DNA from: Malacoraja senta | Lineage: Eukaryota | Assembly (NCBI GenBank): GCA_038087875.1 | Contig: CM075994.1 | Coordinates: 6,574,001-6,638,000 of the forward strand | Reading direction: 5' to 3' | Length of the DNA: 64,000 nt | In this document: positions 1 through 13,156 of the stretch, one piece after another | Layout: the number at the start of each line of letters is the position of its first letter | How positions within the stretch are numbered: position 1 is the first letter of the stretch | The notes under the pieces: generated by a model | Database searches by the model: none | What the model saw: only the letters and a program-made list of their open reading frames with translations | What the model was told of the DNA's origin: nothing | Translations under genes and position numbers: made by a program

Positions 1-225
1 GGAAGATGTGGCGAGTGGTGGGGTCACGTTGGAGGTGGCGAAACTGACGGAGGATCACTTGTTGTATGTGACGGCTGGTGGGGTGAAAGGTGAGGACTAG
101 GAGGACTCTGCCTTTGTTGTGAGTGGGGGGGTGGGGAGAGAGAGCAGTGTTGCGGGGTATGGCAGAGACCCTGGTGCGAGCCTCATCTATGGTGGAGGAG
201 GGGAACCCCCGTTCCCTGAAGAATG
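1..225 (-). mobile_element. Penelope-like retroelement fragment
   Basis: 1-90 closely matches 41365-41455, which is the GIY-YIG-bearing Penelope copy; runs off the window edge. Confidence 0.65.
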
Positions 226-3009
226 ATAATGTTAGCGGGTTGCGACGTTGCAATCCTGAGAACAAAATGCTGCACATTGTAACTGTCCCTTCCCCCTATC
301 TATTGTACTTGAGTTTGACGATGGTATTTATCTTTGGTGTTATCTAATTTGACTGGATAGTATGCATAATAAAACCTTTGTACACGTGAAAATAATAAAC
401 CTAAACCAGTTTGGGACTGGAGATACCGCTGCAGGTGGGACCGGGTGGTAGGGGAGGGCTGGGGGATTCGTTCGGGGTGGTAGGGGAGGGCTTGGTGCTT
501 GTGTTCGTCCCCCGTGCTGTCCGTGATCCGGAGGGCCGCCTAGTACTGATGGTTGCCTCACGCGCTGAGACGTTTTGGAAATTCCGCAAAGTAAGTAACA
601 TATCTGGAATATAAATCGATAACGATTTATCTAGGAAGCGTGCATCTTATTTAGTCGATAAATTCACTGCACTGCCCCATCACAAATGGCTGGCGGTGTT
701 TCAGTGATTACACCAGCAGCCAGGCAGCGAGATCCAACCACGTGGGATCTGCCTGTGTGGACTTTGTTCATTCAACCCGTCCCCACGTGCTTTTCCCGCG
801 GGTGCTCCGGTTTCTTGTCACTTCCAGACGAATTGGCTGCTTGTTGTGACCTCAGCGTAGGTTAGTGTGGGGGTGGAGGGAAGGGGGAAGGGGGAATAGG
901 GTAGGGTAGGGTGATGGGGAGGTGATGGTACGAGTGCGAGAAATGAGTGCAGGCAGTGGGGCGGATGGGAAGACAGTGAGTGGCGGCTGAGAGTTGAGAC
1001 ACAAGAGCCAGGAGTTGCTGGAATCTCGAACAAAAAAAAAATTGCCGGTCGACTCAACGCGTCAGGCAGCATCTATGGAGGAGCATGGATGTTTCACGGT
1101 TCGACTCATGATCCTCAGACGTGATGGACGATTGGCTTCTTATATTTTAAATCGTGCGTAAAAAAGGACGAGCCTTCACAGAATTACTTTCAGAACTTGA
1201 ATTTCCCCTTGAACCGTGCGGCCGCTGTTATGACTTGGTACAGCTTGATTGTGCTCGTATACAGTATAATTTGAATGGATAGCGCGCAAACAAAGCTTTT
1301 CACTGTACCGCGGTGCACGTGAAACAATAAACGAAACGAAACCAATACCACCACCGAGTGGGGATGGAGAAATAAGGCGGATATTCAAAAATCTTGCCAG
1401 TAGATGGCGAGGGAGAGGCAGATTGGAAGATGAGACGGATGTGATTGGTAATTAGAGGTGGTTAATGAGGATGCAGGGATGTGGGGTGGAGTTGCCGTGA
1501 TCACACTGAACGGGAGTGGACTGGCCTGGACGGGGGACGCAATCTGCTGCTGTTTACTTGCTTTCTATAGTGGAGGGTGGTTTTGATGCGTCCGTACAAC
1601 CAATAACAGCATGATCTCATTGAGAACCAAAATATGAACTTCACTGAGGGACTTGACAATGTTCCGCTTGTTAGGCTGGTCCAGAAAGTGAAGGCAGGTG
1701 GTATCCAAGCAAACTGGTTAAATGGATCCAAAATTGGCTTCGTGGTTGGAGGTGGGAGGTAATGGTAGAAGGATGATTGTTCTGCTTGGAGGTCTGGTGG
1801 CTGGTGATGTGCAGCAGAGATTGGTGCTGCAACCATTGCTGTTTATTTTATGTTTTCATGGCTTGGATGTGAATGTTGGAGGTATGACTACTAAGTTTGT
1901 GGAGAACGGGTAATGTTGAGGATAGCAAGACAGTCTGGCAAAGTCTGCAGAAGGATATCGGCTAGATCATCGAAACCTTATTGTCATGCAGGAATATCAA
2001 AACTGGAGAGCACGGGTTTAACACTATAGGATGGAGGTTTGAAGTGGATCTGAGTGGTTAATACCTGGAATATTTTGCCAGAGGATGTGGGGGAATCAGA
2101 TGTAATTACTACATTTACGAGGCATTGCGATTTAACAGACGATGTATCGAATAACACGATTCTAATGTGAGCTAATGGGATTAGTGTGTCTGGGAAAAAT
2201 GTGGACATGGACCCGTTGGGCCGAAGGTCCTGACTCTGTAATGTACAACCATGGCTCGCTGGCTCCAAGAGCACTGAATGACTGATTATCCACAGCCACC
2301 AATGCAGGGAATTCCAAAGGTTGTCCAGTGTCTGTGTGCAGTAATGTCTCCTTGTCTCTGTCCTAAATGGTCCAGCCCACATTCTGAGAGGATTTCCGTT
2401 GGCACCAGTCCCCCTCAGATAAGGGAAGCATCCTCTCGGCATCCAGCCCACTGAACCCTGTAAGAACTTTGCATTTCACTGAGATCTGCTCTAATACACC
2501 TGAACTCTCGAGTACACAGGCCGAGTCTATGCAATTTCACCCAGCACAGCAAACCCATTCACCCAGGCTTAAAGATTTGTTCAGTGCAAACTTAGCTCTA
2601 TGTCATGGTGATGCTTCCCCCAGAGTCCATTAATACCATTAATCTTCACATATAAGTATTACATAAAGATGTCTTAAAAAGAACAATGTAAAAGGTATTA
2701 GTTTTACCTCGTTTGATGATATCAGATGTTTCTCTCAATGCCATGTTGTGGAAAAAAGTGAGATCATACCTTTCAATCGGTAACACAACAACTACTTTCA
2801 ACAATTGATTGGCAATTGATTGTTGGAGGTGTGTCTAGTACGTTTGTGGAGAATGGGAAATGTTGTGGAAAGCGAGGAAGTCTGTCAAATTTGCAACAAG
2901 ATATAGGCTAGTTCATCAAAACCTTATTGTCATGCTGGGATATCAATACTGGAGGACGCAGTTTTCTTCACACAAAGAGTTGTTAATATGTATCAGTTTT
3001 ACCTCTTAA

Positions 3010-3530
3010 AGGCTCTGTCCCACGGGTTTGCGGTCATTGGCGGTGAAGCGCGGCGTCGCCGGAAGAGGGGACCACACGGCAACCACGAGAGCGCCGCACG
3101 GATGCTGTGCGGGGGGCCAAGTACGGCCGGTTCCACGAGCTTGCTATTTGGGCTTTCAGATCGCGTGGCTGTGGCTGCGGCCGTGCCGCACACGTGCCTC
3201 ACTGGCGGTGGCTGTGGCGGCGGCTGTGGCGGTGCCCGTGCCGCACACGCGCCTCACTAGCGGCGGCTGTGGCGGCGGTCGTGCCTCACTGGCGGAGGCT
3301 GTGGCGGTGCAAGTTCGACGCACGGCGCTCGTGCCGCACTGGCGGCGGCTGTGGCGGTGACCGTGCCTCACTGGCGGCGGCTGTGCGGTAGGAACATATT
3401 TTTGAACAGTGTTGGTTTTATTTTAGCACCAGCGGTGGGCGTTTGACCAAGTGCACTGTCTATGGCGGCCCAGGAGCGGTAGATTCTTCCTGTTTCGCCG
3501 CCAATGACTGCAGACTCGTGAGACAGGCCT
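3010..3530. mobile_element. MITE (TIR AGGC(T)CTGTC(C/T)CACG) flanked by TTAA, inserted in exon 5 of copy A
   Basis: TTAA at 3006-3009 and 3531-3534; imperfect terminal inverted repeats; internal GC-rich tandem repeat 3160-3390. Confidence 0.75.
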
Positions 3531-4911
3531 TTAAGATGACATCAAATGTTTCTCTCAATGCCATGTTGTAGAAAAGGGTGCGATCAAACTTTTCAATCGG
3601 CAGCGCACCATCTGCCACCAACATTAGTTTGGTATCATCACTAACCCTCCAAATATTTAACGGTTGGATATAAAGTGAGCAATATTTATTTTTTTGGTGT
3701 TCTTTTAAAACATACATTGTTTTAGTCAAAAGCATGTCCTACCACGTCTTGCGACCAGCTTCCTCCTGAAATAAATAAAATACAAATCTGAATAGATTGA
3801 GATAGATCATCGTAATCCCGACAGTGGGTATTTCACCAAATTGCAACAAAAAAGCCCTTGGATAATTCCCATTTCCCAACTCCTTGCCGCAGTCACATAG
3901 ACAGAAAGTGGATATTGTCGTGGAGACATCGAACACGGGGAAAAGCATTGGGAATGTAGATGAAAATAACTGCGAGTATACAATTTACGAGTAAGTCTGG
4001 AGAAGATGTCAGAGATAATGCGATGGAACAATTTAAGATCAGCTGCAGATTTAAATGGGTGAGGGTTTGAAATATTATCACTACTTGTGGGGAGAAGAAA
4101 AATAAAACCTGAAATGTATGATGGCGTTTAATAAATTCCACAAGAACTGCGAAATGTTATTCTGATAATATACCTTCTAGAGAAAGTGATGCAAACAATA
4201 TGATATGCTGACATAAACAAATATGGCTTCATTATACAATTAACTCCAGTATACTCAAGTTCAGGTCATCAGAATACATTACTGCCATTTAATGGAAGCC
4301 TATGTTTGCTCCCAATGTAGATACCTCATTTTTAAAATTTTGAACTCTGAAGTGAATATCTCGACATATAATTAGTTAGACTTCAGCCAGTATTTCATTG
4401 AATCTATCTATAATGGTTCATTTACATCCATTTTATTCCTGCTGCTCTGGTAACTAGGATAAAATGTTCCAAACAAAAGTCAATTACTATTATGATATGA
4501 TAAATCTGTGCCCATTAATAATAATCAACTTGAGGACAAGGTATTTCCTATGAAATACATAGATAATTACAATATGCACTGAAGCTTGAAAATTACTGAA
4601 AAATTATTGAACATTTTTCTGAGTTTAAATTTAGAAGGGGAAACAGTTCTGAAGAAATGGGAAATGATAAGAGAAATAAGAATTATATAACGTTTGAAAC
4701 TGCAAAAACTGTGGGAATAAGCATCCCCGTGAATGAGTCAAGCAGGATATCTATTGCTCAGTAATCCACTTCAGTGTTTAAACAAAAGAAAAGTGCAGCA
4801 GGATCTACCTGCAAGATTGGTGTCCAGCATGCCATGAGAGAACAGAGAACCAAGTCTGAAACATCACTCAATGATATACTTGTGTTTTGGGGGTAAACTG
4901 CATCGTTTTCT

Positions 4912-5715
4912 CTTGAAGGGGAAATCATGCTTGACTAATCTTCTGGAATATTTTGAGGATGTAACTAGGAAAATGGACAAGGGAGAGCCAGTGGATGTCG
5001 TGTACCTGGACTTTCAGAAAGCATTTGATAAGGCCCCACTTAGGAGATTAGTGGGCAAAATTAGATCACATGGTATTGGGGGTAGGGTGCTGACATGGAT
5101 AGAAAATTGGTTGGCAGACAGGAAATGAAGAGTAGGGATTAACGGGTCCCTTTCAGAATGGCAGGCAGTGACCATTGGGGTACCGCAAGACTCGGTGCTG
5201 GGACCACAGCTATTTACATTATACATTAATGATTTAGATGAAGGGATTAAAAGTAACATTAGCAAATTTGCAGATGATACAAAGCTGGGTGGCAATGTGA
5301 ACTGTGAAGAGGATGCTATGAGGATACAGGGTGATTTGGACAGGTTGGGTGCGTGGGCAGATGCCTGGCAGATGCAGTTTAATGTGGATAAATGTGAGGT
5401 TATCCACTTTGGTGGCAAAAACAGGAAGGCAGATTATTATCTAAATTCAAGTTGGGAAAAGGAGAAGAACAACGGGAGCTGGGGGTCCTTGTTCATCAAT
5501 CAATGAAAGTAAGCATGCAGGTACAGCAGGCAGTGAAGAAAGCAAATGGCATGTTGGCCTTCATAACAAGAGGAGTAAAGAGGTCCTTCTGCAGTTGTAC
5601 AGGGCCCTAGTGAGACCACACCTGGGGTATTGTGTGCAGTATTTGTCTCCCAGTTTGAAGAAGGACATTCTTGCTCTTGAGGAGTGCAGCCTAGGTTCAC
5701 CAGGTTAATTCCAGA
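4912..5715 (+). mobile_element. CR1 LINE reverse-transcriptase fragment
   Basis: KSCLTNLLEYFE, VYLDFQKAFDK, GVPQDSVLGP, KFADDTKL motifs; contains stops. Confidence 0.9.
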
Positions 5716-5918
5716 CAATAGACAGAGGTGCAGGAATAGGCCATTCGGCCCTTCGATCCAGCACCACCATTCAATGTGATCATGGCTGATCATCCACAAT
5801 CAGTACCCCGTTCCTGCCTTCTCCCCATATCTCCTGACTCCGCTATTTTTAAGAGCTCTATCTAACTCTCTCTTGAAGGCAACCAGAGAACCGGCCTCCA
5901 CCGCTTTCTGAGGCAGAG
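5716..5918 (-). mobile_element. CR1 LINE 3' end fragment (opposite orientation)
   Basis: Matches 36146-36300, the 3' end of the minus-strand CR1. Confidence 0.75.
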
Positions 5919-7911
5919 ACTGTGCCAACTTCGCCAAACTGTAGTGTAACCCCTCACCTTCAGAAATATCACGCCGTCCTTGTGGTCGATCTGTTCCAGT
6001 AACTTTTAGAGTTCCTCTTGAATGGAACTTAAATTATCTTGAATCTCTTGAAGACTTTTCTCCATTGTTTTTACAATCTTTGCCTCTTCTTCGTGGATAT
6101 CTCTGAGTAATCGCTGCACTTTTTCAGTGAGAATCTGGTGCAGTTCAGCAAACTGGGATGTGACCTGTGACTGAAGGTTGTGTGACCTCCTGTCAGATGA
6201 AAGATGAGAATCAATATATTGTGTCACTCTTGCTTTGTTTCCTCATGATATGGAAGGTGACATTTGGCTAATCAATGTCGAGTCCTGGAGTGCAGAAATA
6301 TGCCATTTGGCCCAACATGTCCATGCTGGGCTGTGTACATATCTACACTAATCCCATTTACATGTAATTAATCCGTAGCTTTCAATACCTTGGCATTTCA
6401 AGAGCTCATCATAATAATTATGAAATATTTGGTGAAAGTAATGTACAAGCACTTGATTTCCATTACCTCAGTACAATTCCTTGCAACCTATTCTATTTTG
6501 TGTGTCCATTAACCCTCACTGGACAGAACCAGGTCACCAGAACTAGCAGACAGCAGCACCACTTAGAATGACAGACTTTATAGAGTCATACAGCAAGGGG
6601 TGTTAGATATTGACCAAGACGCCCCATCTAGACTATTTCCACCTGTCCGCATTTGGCCAACCTGGTTCTAAAATTTTCGATCCACGAATTTGTGCAAATA
6701 TCTTTTAAATATTGTTATGGTACCTGAATCAACTACCTCCCCTGGCAGCTCGTTCCATACACCCACGATCAAAGTTTCCCTTAATGTTCGTAATAAATCT
6801 GTATCCTCTCACCTTAAAACTATGCCCTCACATGCTCGACGCCCTACTTAGTGTAAAAGACTGAGTATTCACCCTAACATTTTGTTTCGTGATATTATAC
6901 ACCTGCAATAGGTCATTCTTCTGACTCCTGAGCTCCACTGAGTAAAGTCCTTGGTTGCCCAACCGCTCCCAAGATCTCGGGTCCACTACTACTGAGCTCA
7001 ATATAGGTGCCCACTTATTACAGGCATCACAGGGATCAAATCTACACAAATAATTAAACTGATAGTACAAAGCCTCACCTGAACTCCAGAAATGCTCTGC
7101 TTCTGTTCCTGCTCCATTTTCTCGATCACTGATTTATTTTCTGTGAGAGATTCGAAAGAAGATTTCACCTGATTCTGGGGTTGGGTTTCAGATCAGAGAA
7201 TAAAAATGTCAGACAATAAAGAAAAGATTAGACAATGATGTGATCAAAAGTGATTTGGTTTTACCTTGTAGAATTCAATTGCTTCTTCTATTAGCATTAA
7301 GCTGTGAGACTCGTGTTCCTGCGCAGTTGCACAAATCAAACAGATCAGTTTCTTGTCAGTTTTACAAAACAGCTTCAGTTCTTCCTGATGTTTCTCGCAG
7401 TTAAGTTTACTTTTCTTCGCTTTGAAATTCAGGCTCAGTCTTCGAGCTTTCTCAGTCTAACCAAGGCCCGATTCACCCTGAGGGTGCGATCTGCAGACTC
7501 CTCTCTGCATTCCAGGCAGGAGTTTCGCCCCTCGCTGTCCCAACACTGTGATGCAGGGGCGGCAGTAGTTGCGCCCGCACTCAAGTATAACCTGATCGGT
7601 GAAGAAATCCAGGCAGATGGGACAAACTACCTCCTCGATTAAACTCTCGTCCGTGTGTTTCCCAGCCATTTTAAATCCGGCACTTCCTGATTCAAAGTGT
7701 TTTCCACTGCGCTCGCTGCCGTCTCGGGGAATGAATGTTATTTGGCTGCTATTGCTCAGTGTGACGGTGTCCTGGCCACTTCCAACCATAGGATCTTTGC
7801 TTCCAACTAATCACACGAGGGAGGGGTCAGTTGGACATTAAACCGGCATGAATATGGACGAAAGCGGGGAGATTGCCCTGGGATTGTCTAAGGCAGGACA
7901 GAAAGGGACAG

Positions 7912-8085
7912 GGCAGTCACGGTGGCGCATCGGTAGAGTTGCTGCCTTACAGCGAATGCAGTGCCGGAGACCTGGGTTCGATCCCGAGAACGGGTGCAGT
8001 CTGAACGGAGTTTGTACGTTCTCCCCATGATCGGTGTCGGTTTCCTCCCACATTCCAAAGACGTACAGGTTTGTAGGTTAAAAAA
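7912..8085 (+). mobile_element. tRNA-derived V-SINE/HE1-like SINE, truncated
   Basis: A-box-like TGGCGCATCGG, B-box GGTTCGATCC, V-domain-like TTCCTCCCACATTCCAAAGACG; paralogous to 59691-60005. Confidence 0.75.
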
Positions 8086-8439
8086 AAGTTGCCCCTGGTG
8101 GATCGTGACCCCTCCCTCCCTCCCTCCTCCTCAGCCTTCCTATCCTCTTCGGAAGCGATGACCACAAGGTACAAGGGACCAGTGCTAAAGAGGTGTATGT
8201 AAGGAGGCGTTGCACCTGTTGGGCCAGGATCAGGATGGAAGTAAACATATTTTAATCCACATCAGTACACTCGTCTCTCACACTCCAGTCTTCAGGTGCA
8301 TCTACATTTGGAGAAACCGTGCATTATTTCATATTAAGTTTGGAGTAATATGTTCAGTTTTGTTCACTCTGCTGTATGAAAAATGTGGATACATTGGTAA
8401 GGGTGGAGACAATATTTGTGAGTATGTTGCCTCAAAGAA

Positions 8440-10040
8440 GACACTTTTGAGAAATATAAAAGTGGATAAGTCTCGAGGTCCGGACAGGATATTCCCTAGG
8501 ACATTGAGGGAAGTTAGTGTAGAAATAGCAGGGGCTATGACAGAAATATTTCAAATGTCATTGGAAACGGCAATAGTGCCGGAGGATTGGCGTACTGCGC
8601 ATGTTGTTCCATTGTTTAAAAAGGGGTCTAAGAGTAAACCTAGCAATTATAGACCTGTTAGTTTGACATCAGTGGTGGGCAAATTAATGGAAAGGATACT
8701 TAGAGATAATATATATAAGCATCTGGATAAACAGGGGCTGATTAGGAACAGTCAACATGGATTTGTGCCTGGAAGGTCATGTTTGACTAATCTTCTAGAA
8801 TTTTTTGAAGAGGTTACTCGGGAAATTGATGAGGGTAAAGCCGTGGATGTTGTATATATGGACTTCAGTAAGGCCTTTGACAAGGTTCCTCACGGAAGGC
8901 TGGTTAAGAAGGTTCAATGGTTGGGTATTAATGGTGGAGTAGCAAGATGGATTCAACAGTGGCTGAATGGGAGATGCCAGAGAGTAATGGTGGATGGTTG
9001 TTTGTCAGGTTGGAGGCCAGTGACTAGTGGGGTGCCACAGGGATCTGTGTTGGGTCCACTGTTGTTTGTCATGTACATCAATGATCTGGATGATGGTGTG
9101 GTAAATTGGATTAGTAAGTATGCAGATGATACTAAGATAGGTGGGGCTGTGGATAATGAAGTAGATTTTCAAAGTCTACAGAGAGATTTATGCCGGTTGG
9201 AAGAGTGGGCTGAAAGATGGCAGATGGAGTTTAATGCTGATAAGTGTGAGGTGCTACATCTTGGCAGGACAAATCAAAATAGGACGTACATGGTAAATGG
9301 TAGGGAATTGAAGAATGCAGGTGAACAGAGGGATCTTGGAATAACTGTGCACAGTTCCCTGAAAGTGGAATCTCATGTAGATAGGGTGGTAAAGAAAGCT
9401 TTTGGTGTGCTGGCTTTTATAAATCAGAGCATTGAGTATAGAAGTTGGGATGTAATGTTAAAATTGTACAAGGCATTGGTGAGGCCAATTCTGGAGTATG
9501 GTGTACAATTTTGGTCGCCTAATTATAGGAAGGATGTCAACAAAATAAAGAGAGTACAGAGGAGATTTACTAGAATGTTGCCTGGGTTTCAGCAACTAAG
9601 TTACAGAGAAAGGTTGAACAAGTTAGGGCTTTATTCTTTGGAGCGCAGAAGGTTAAGGGGGGACTTGATAGAGGTCTTTAAAATGATGAGAGGGATAGAC
9701 AGAGTTGACGTGGATAAGCTTTTCCCACTGAGAGTAGGGAAGATTCAAACAAGGGGACATGACTTGAGAATTAAGGGACAGAAGTTTAGGGGTAACATGA
9801 GGGGGAACTTCTTTACTCAGAGAGTGGTGGCTGTGTGGAATGAGCTTCCAGTGAAGGTGGTGGAGGCAGGTTCATTTTTATCATTTAAAAATAAATTGGA
9901 TAGTTATATGGACGGGAAAGGAATGGAGGGTTATGGTCTGAGCGCAGGTATATGGGACTAGGGGAGAATACGTGTTTGGCACGGACTAGAAGGGTCGAGA
10001 TGGCCTGTTTCCGTGCTGTAATTGTTATATGGTTATATAG
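8440..10040 (+). mobile_element. CR1 LINE, 5'-truncated, uninterrupted RT ORF to stop at 9961
   Basis: NYRPVSLTS, QHGF, YMDFSKAFDKV, GVPQGSVLGP, YADD, CR1-type C-terminus FFTQRVVAVWNELP; short TTATATGG-like tail. Confidence 0.95.
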
Positions 10041-10149
10041 GGAGACGTTGGGCGGACTAGGACCTTATTCCTTGGAACGCAGGAGGATGAGGGGTGATCT
10101 TATGGAGGTGCAAAATATCACGACGGGAATATTCCCGGCTTTAAACATG

Positions 10150-10643
10150 TTTATCTGTCTGAAAAAAGCTCAGAGAATTGCTAAGGACAAACTGCACCCC
10201 CTCCACATACACCTGGATCTCCTGCCATCAGAGATATCGCAGCATCAAAGCCCGGACTACAAGACTGCTAAACAGCTTCCTGCCATATGCTGTGAGGCTG
10301 CTAAACAGTCACTCTGTACTCACAGTCACCTGATTCTGCGGCTTGGCACGGACACTTTAATAACTGGCACTGGCCACTTTAATAACTGGCACTGGCCACT
10401 CAAATCAGCTGCCCCGGACATGTTTATGATTGGTTTTACTGTATTTTACCGTTGTTGTTTTACCTACTTTTTAACTATTTATACTGTTCCATCAGGGACT
10501 GGATTGTTTTTAGTGTTATTATGTGTGAAATGTTTTAATTTCATGTGCGATGCTCCGGTATTCCCTGGGAAACGTCTTTTCATTTTGCACTGTACAACTG
10601 TTGCTTGCAAGTTGACAATAAAGGTTGATTGATTGATTGATTA
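10150..10643 (+). mobile_element. Rex1/Babar-like LINE 3' end
   Basis: Frameshifted KKAQRIAKD..HP..LLPS / RSIKARTTRLLNSF..AVRLLN C-terminus followed by AATAAA and a (TGAT)n tail. Confidence 0.6.
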
Positions 10644-11621
10644 TCAACTCAAGGGGCTCAATCCAATAGGAACTGGTGAACTCGAGGCATCAACTGGAGG
10701 TTGGGATGCGGTTTGGCTTTCTTCCCAACGAATTGTTCAAGCGCTTTTGATTGCAACATGCGCCTTAATTTAGTTCAACAAAGAAACTGACAAGTTACTA
10801 AAGAGCAGGTTGTTGTTCCACGCACTCGATCTTGGAGGGAATATTCAATTTCCGATGCGCAAACAGGGGTCGTGGATAGACGAAGTAGCCGATGGCGTCC
10901 ACGGGCTTGGAATGGACTTTGGTCACTCGCGTTTTCACTAAAATGGAGACAGAGACGGTGAGAAAGCGAAGGGAAGAGTCGGGGCTTGAGCAGAGGAAAG
11001 TGGGAGCTGGTTGGAAACTGGCAGTGAGGGAGATGAAGCGTTAAAGCGGTGAACGAGAGCAGGAAGCAGCACCGATAGACATGATGTACCTGAGAGAGAG
11101 GTGAGGGACGGGTCTGGCGGCATCTGAAGGAATGTTCTACGTATCCTACAGAGAGAGAGGCAGAGCCTGAGCACAACGGGCTCCCACATGGAACCGGGAA
11201 TTCGGTTTGAACCCATTCTTCCAAAGATCCGTTCCGAAGAAAACAAATCTGTTGTGTGGAGAGCAAATGCTGCACTCTTTACATTTTAATGGTCGACGCA
11301 CTTTAAGACCCGGGGGTACCCGGAGCTCAGGACCCGCCGCCCGCTGCTGCTGCTGAACCCGCGGGAAGGGAGATTGTTTCAATCTTTATATTTTCACCAA
11401 ATTAATTTCTGTTCCGTTGACGGACGCGGTTAACGCATTCAAATGAACGGATCGACAGGTCTGATTTCAGTTGCTGTTTATTTCACTCTTCCCACATCTA
11501 CATCCCCCCTGGTTTTATTTCTGCGCTCACTGCGGTTTTACGACGCGGAATTTGGGGAGTAAATGGGAGCCGTTCAGCGCCGACCTGTTGTCCACCGGAT
11601 CTCTGCCCCACATTCTCGCTC

Positions 11622-11880
11622 CTAACGCTGGTCCCGGGACCTGCGCCTTTTACACACCGGAGCGGAACCGGAGCAGATTCTCAACCACTGGTTTTCATGG
11701 CAAGTCGCAAAGAAAGGATAAAGTTTCTCCATGAATTTATTCCCAGAGAAGGTGTGGAGATGGGACTTGGTGTCCGCGTCGTAAAATAAAACTGTCCCGG
11801 ACTCGTAACTGAGATAAACTCCCACCCTCCCGGGGAAGCGACGGGCGGGGAGAGGGGATGGAGGGGAGGTGAGTGCATCA
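11622..11880 (-). pseudogene. Remnant of copy B terminal exon: C-terminal half of SPRY/B30.2
   Basis: RVGVYLSYESGTVLFYDADTKSHLHTFSGNKFMEKLYPFF then stop; fused directly to intron-5 sequence at about 11880, with PRY and the splice acceptor missing. Confidence 0.85.
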
Positions 11881-12918
11881 ATGAACATCACTGAGGGACT
11901 TGACAATGTTTCACATGTAAGGCTGGTCCAGAAAGCGAAGGCAGGTAGGATCCCAGACGAGTTGGTAAAATGGACCTGCAATTGGCTTGGTGGTTGGAGG
12001 TAGAAGGTAGCGGTAGAAGGATGATTTTTCTGCCTGGAGGTCTGTGACTGGTGATGTGCAGCAGAGATCGCTGCTGCAACCTTTCCTGTTCATTTTATGT
12101 TTTCATGGCTTGGATGTGAATGTAGGAGGTGTGACTACTATGTTTGTGGAGAACGGGTAATGTTGTGGATAGCAAGGATGTCTGTCAAAGTCTGCAGCAG
12201 GATATAGCCTAGATCATCAAAACCTTATTGTCATGGTGGGATATCAATACTGGAGGACGCAGTTTTCCTCACACAAAGAGTTAATACTTGGAATATTTTG
12301 CCAGAAGAGGTGGTGAAATCATATATAATCACGACATTTAAGAGGCAATGCGATTTAGTAAACGAGGTGTAGAATAATACGGTTTTAATGTGGGCAAATG
12401 GGATTTGTGTGGCTGGGGGAAAAGGTGGACATGGACATGATGGGCCGAATGGCTTGACTCTGTAATGTACAACAATGGCTCTCTGGTTCCAAGAGCACTG
12501 AATGACTGATTATCCACAGCCACTGGTGCAGGGAATTCCAAAGGTTGCCTAGTCTCTGGTGTAGTAATGTCTCCTTGTCTCTGTCCTAAATGGTCCAGCC
12601 CACATTCTGAGAGGGCTCCAGACCCCTCAGACAGGGGAAACATCCTCCCTGCATCCAGCCCATTGAGCCCTGTAAGGACTTTGTGTTTCACTGAGATCTC
12701 CTTCAATAAACCTGAAATCTCGAGTACAGGCCTACTCAATTTCACCCAGTGCAGTAAACCCATTCTCCCAGGAACAAGGATTTGTTCAAGTGCAAACAAA
12801 CTTTGCTCTCTGTCTCTGTGATACTTCCCCAGAATCCATTAGTACCATTAATCTTCACATATAAGTATTGCATAAAGATGTCTTAAAAAAAGAACAATGG
12901 AAAAGGTATTAGTTTTAC

Positions 12919-13037
12919 CTCGTTTGATAATATTAGATGTTTCTCTCAATACCATGTTGTAGAAAAAGGTGTGATCATACTTTTCAATGGGCAACGCGCC
13001 ATATACCACCAACATTGGTTTTGTTTCATCACGAACC
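12919..13037 (-). CDS. TRIM copy B exon 5 (119 nt linker)
   Basis: CAG acceptor, GT donor, open in phase 2 to phase 1 (VRDETKPMLVVYGALPIEKYDHTFFYNMVLRETSNIIKR). Confidence 0.7.
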
Positions 13038-13133
13038 CTGCAAATATTTAACAGCTGGTTAGAAACTGAGCATTAGCTGTTTTTTTGAGCTGTACTATAA
13101 AAACATATTGTTTCAGTCAAAAGCATGTCCTAC

Positions 13134-13156
13134 CTGCTCTTGCGACCAGCTTCCTC
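13134..13156 (-). CDS. TRIM copy B exon 4 (23-nt micro-exon)
   Basis: TTTCAG/GTAGG boundaries; EEAGRKS; a 23-nt exon is typical of class IV TRIMs. Confidence 0.75.

Larger units (their letters stand above)
2708..7669 (-). pseudogene. TRIM (RING-B-box-coiled-coil, class IV) pseudogene, copy A
   Basis: Exons by GT/AG and paralogy: 7265-7669, 7079-7174, 5958-6189, 3743-3765, 3003-3646 (MITE inside), plus an extra partial exon 5 at about 2708-2790. Exon 1 has 2-nt and 4-nt deletions with a TAG in between; exon 3 is 232 nt (paralogs 234) with an extra TAA. No B30.2 exon seen; intron-5 homology ends near 1340. Confidence 0.9.

Noticed and set aside
411..614. Possible exon ending at GTAAGT (591)
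   Set aside because: No recognisable protein motif or partner exon.
7265..7669. Compensating frameshifts rescuing copy A exon 1
   Set aside because: A TAG at about 7457 precedes frame restoration, and exon 3 has further lesions.
7912..8000. tRNA gene
   Set aside because: A/B boxes continue into a SINE body; no complete cloverleaf.
8210..8440. N-terminal extension of the 583-aa RT ORF
   Set aside because: Flanking sequence (partly matching the copy D upstream region) that happens to be open; the ORF starts at a non-ATG codon.
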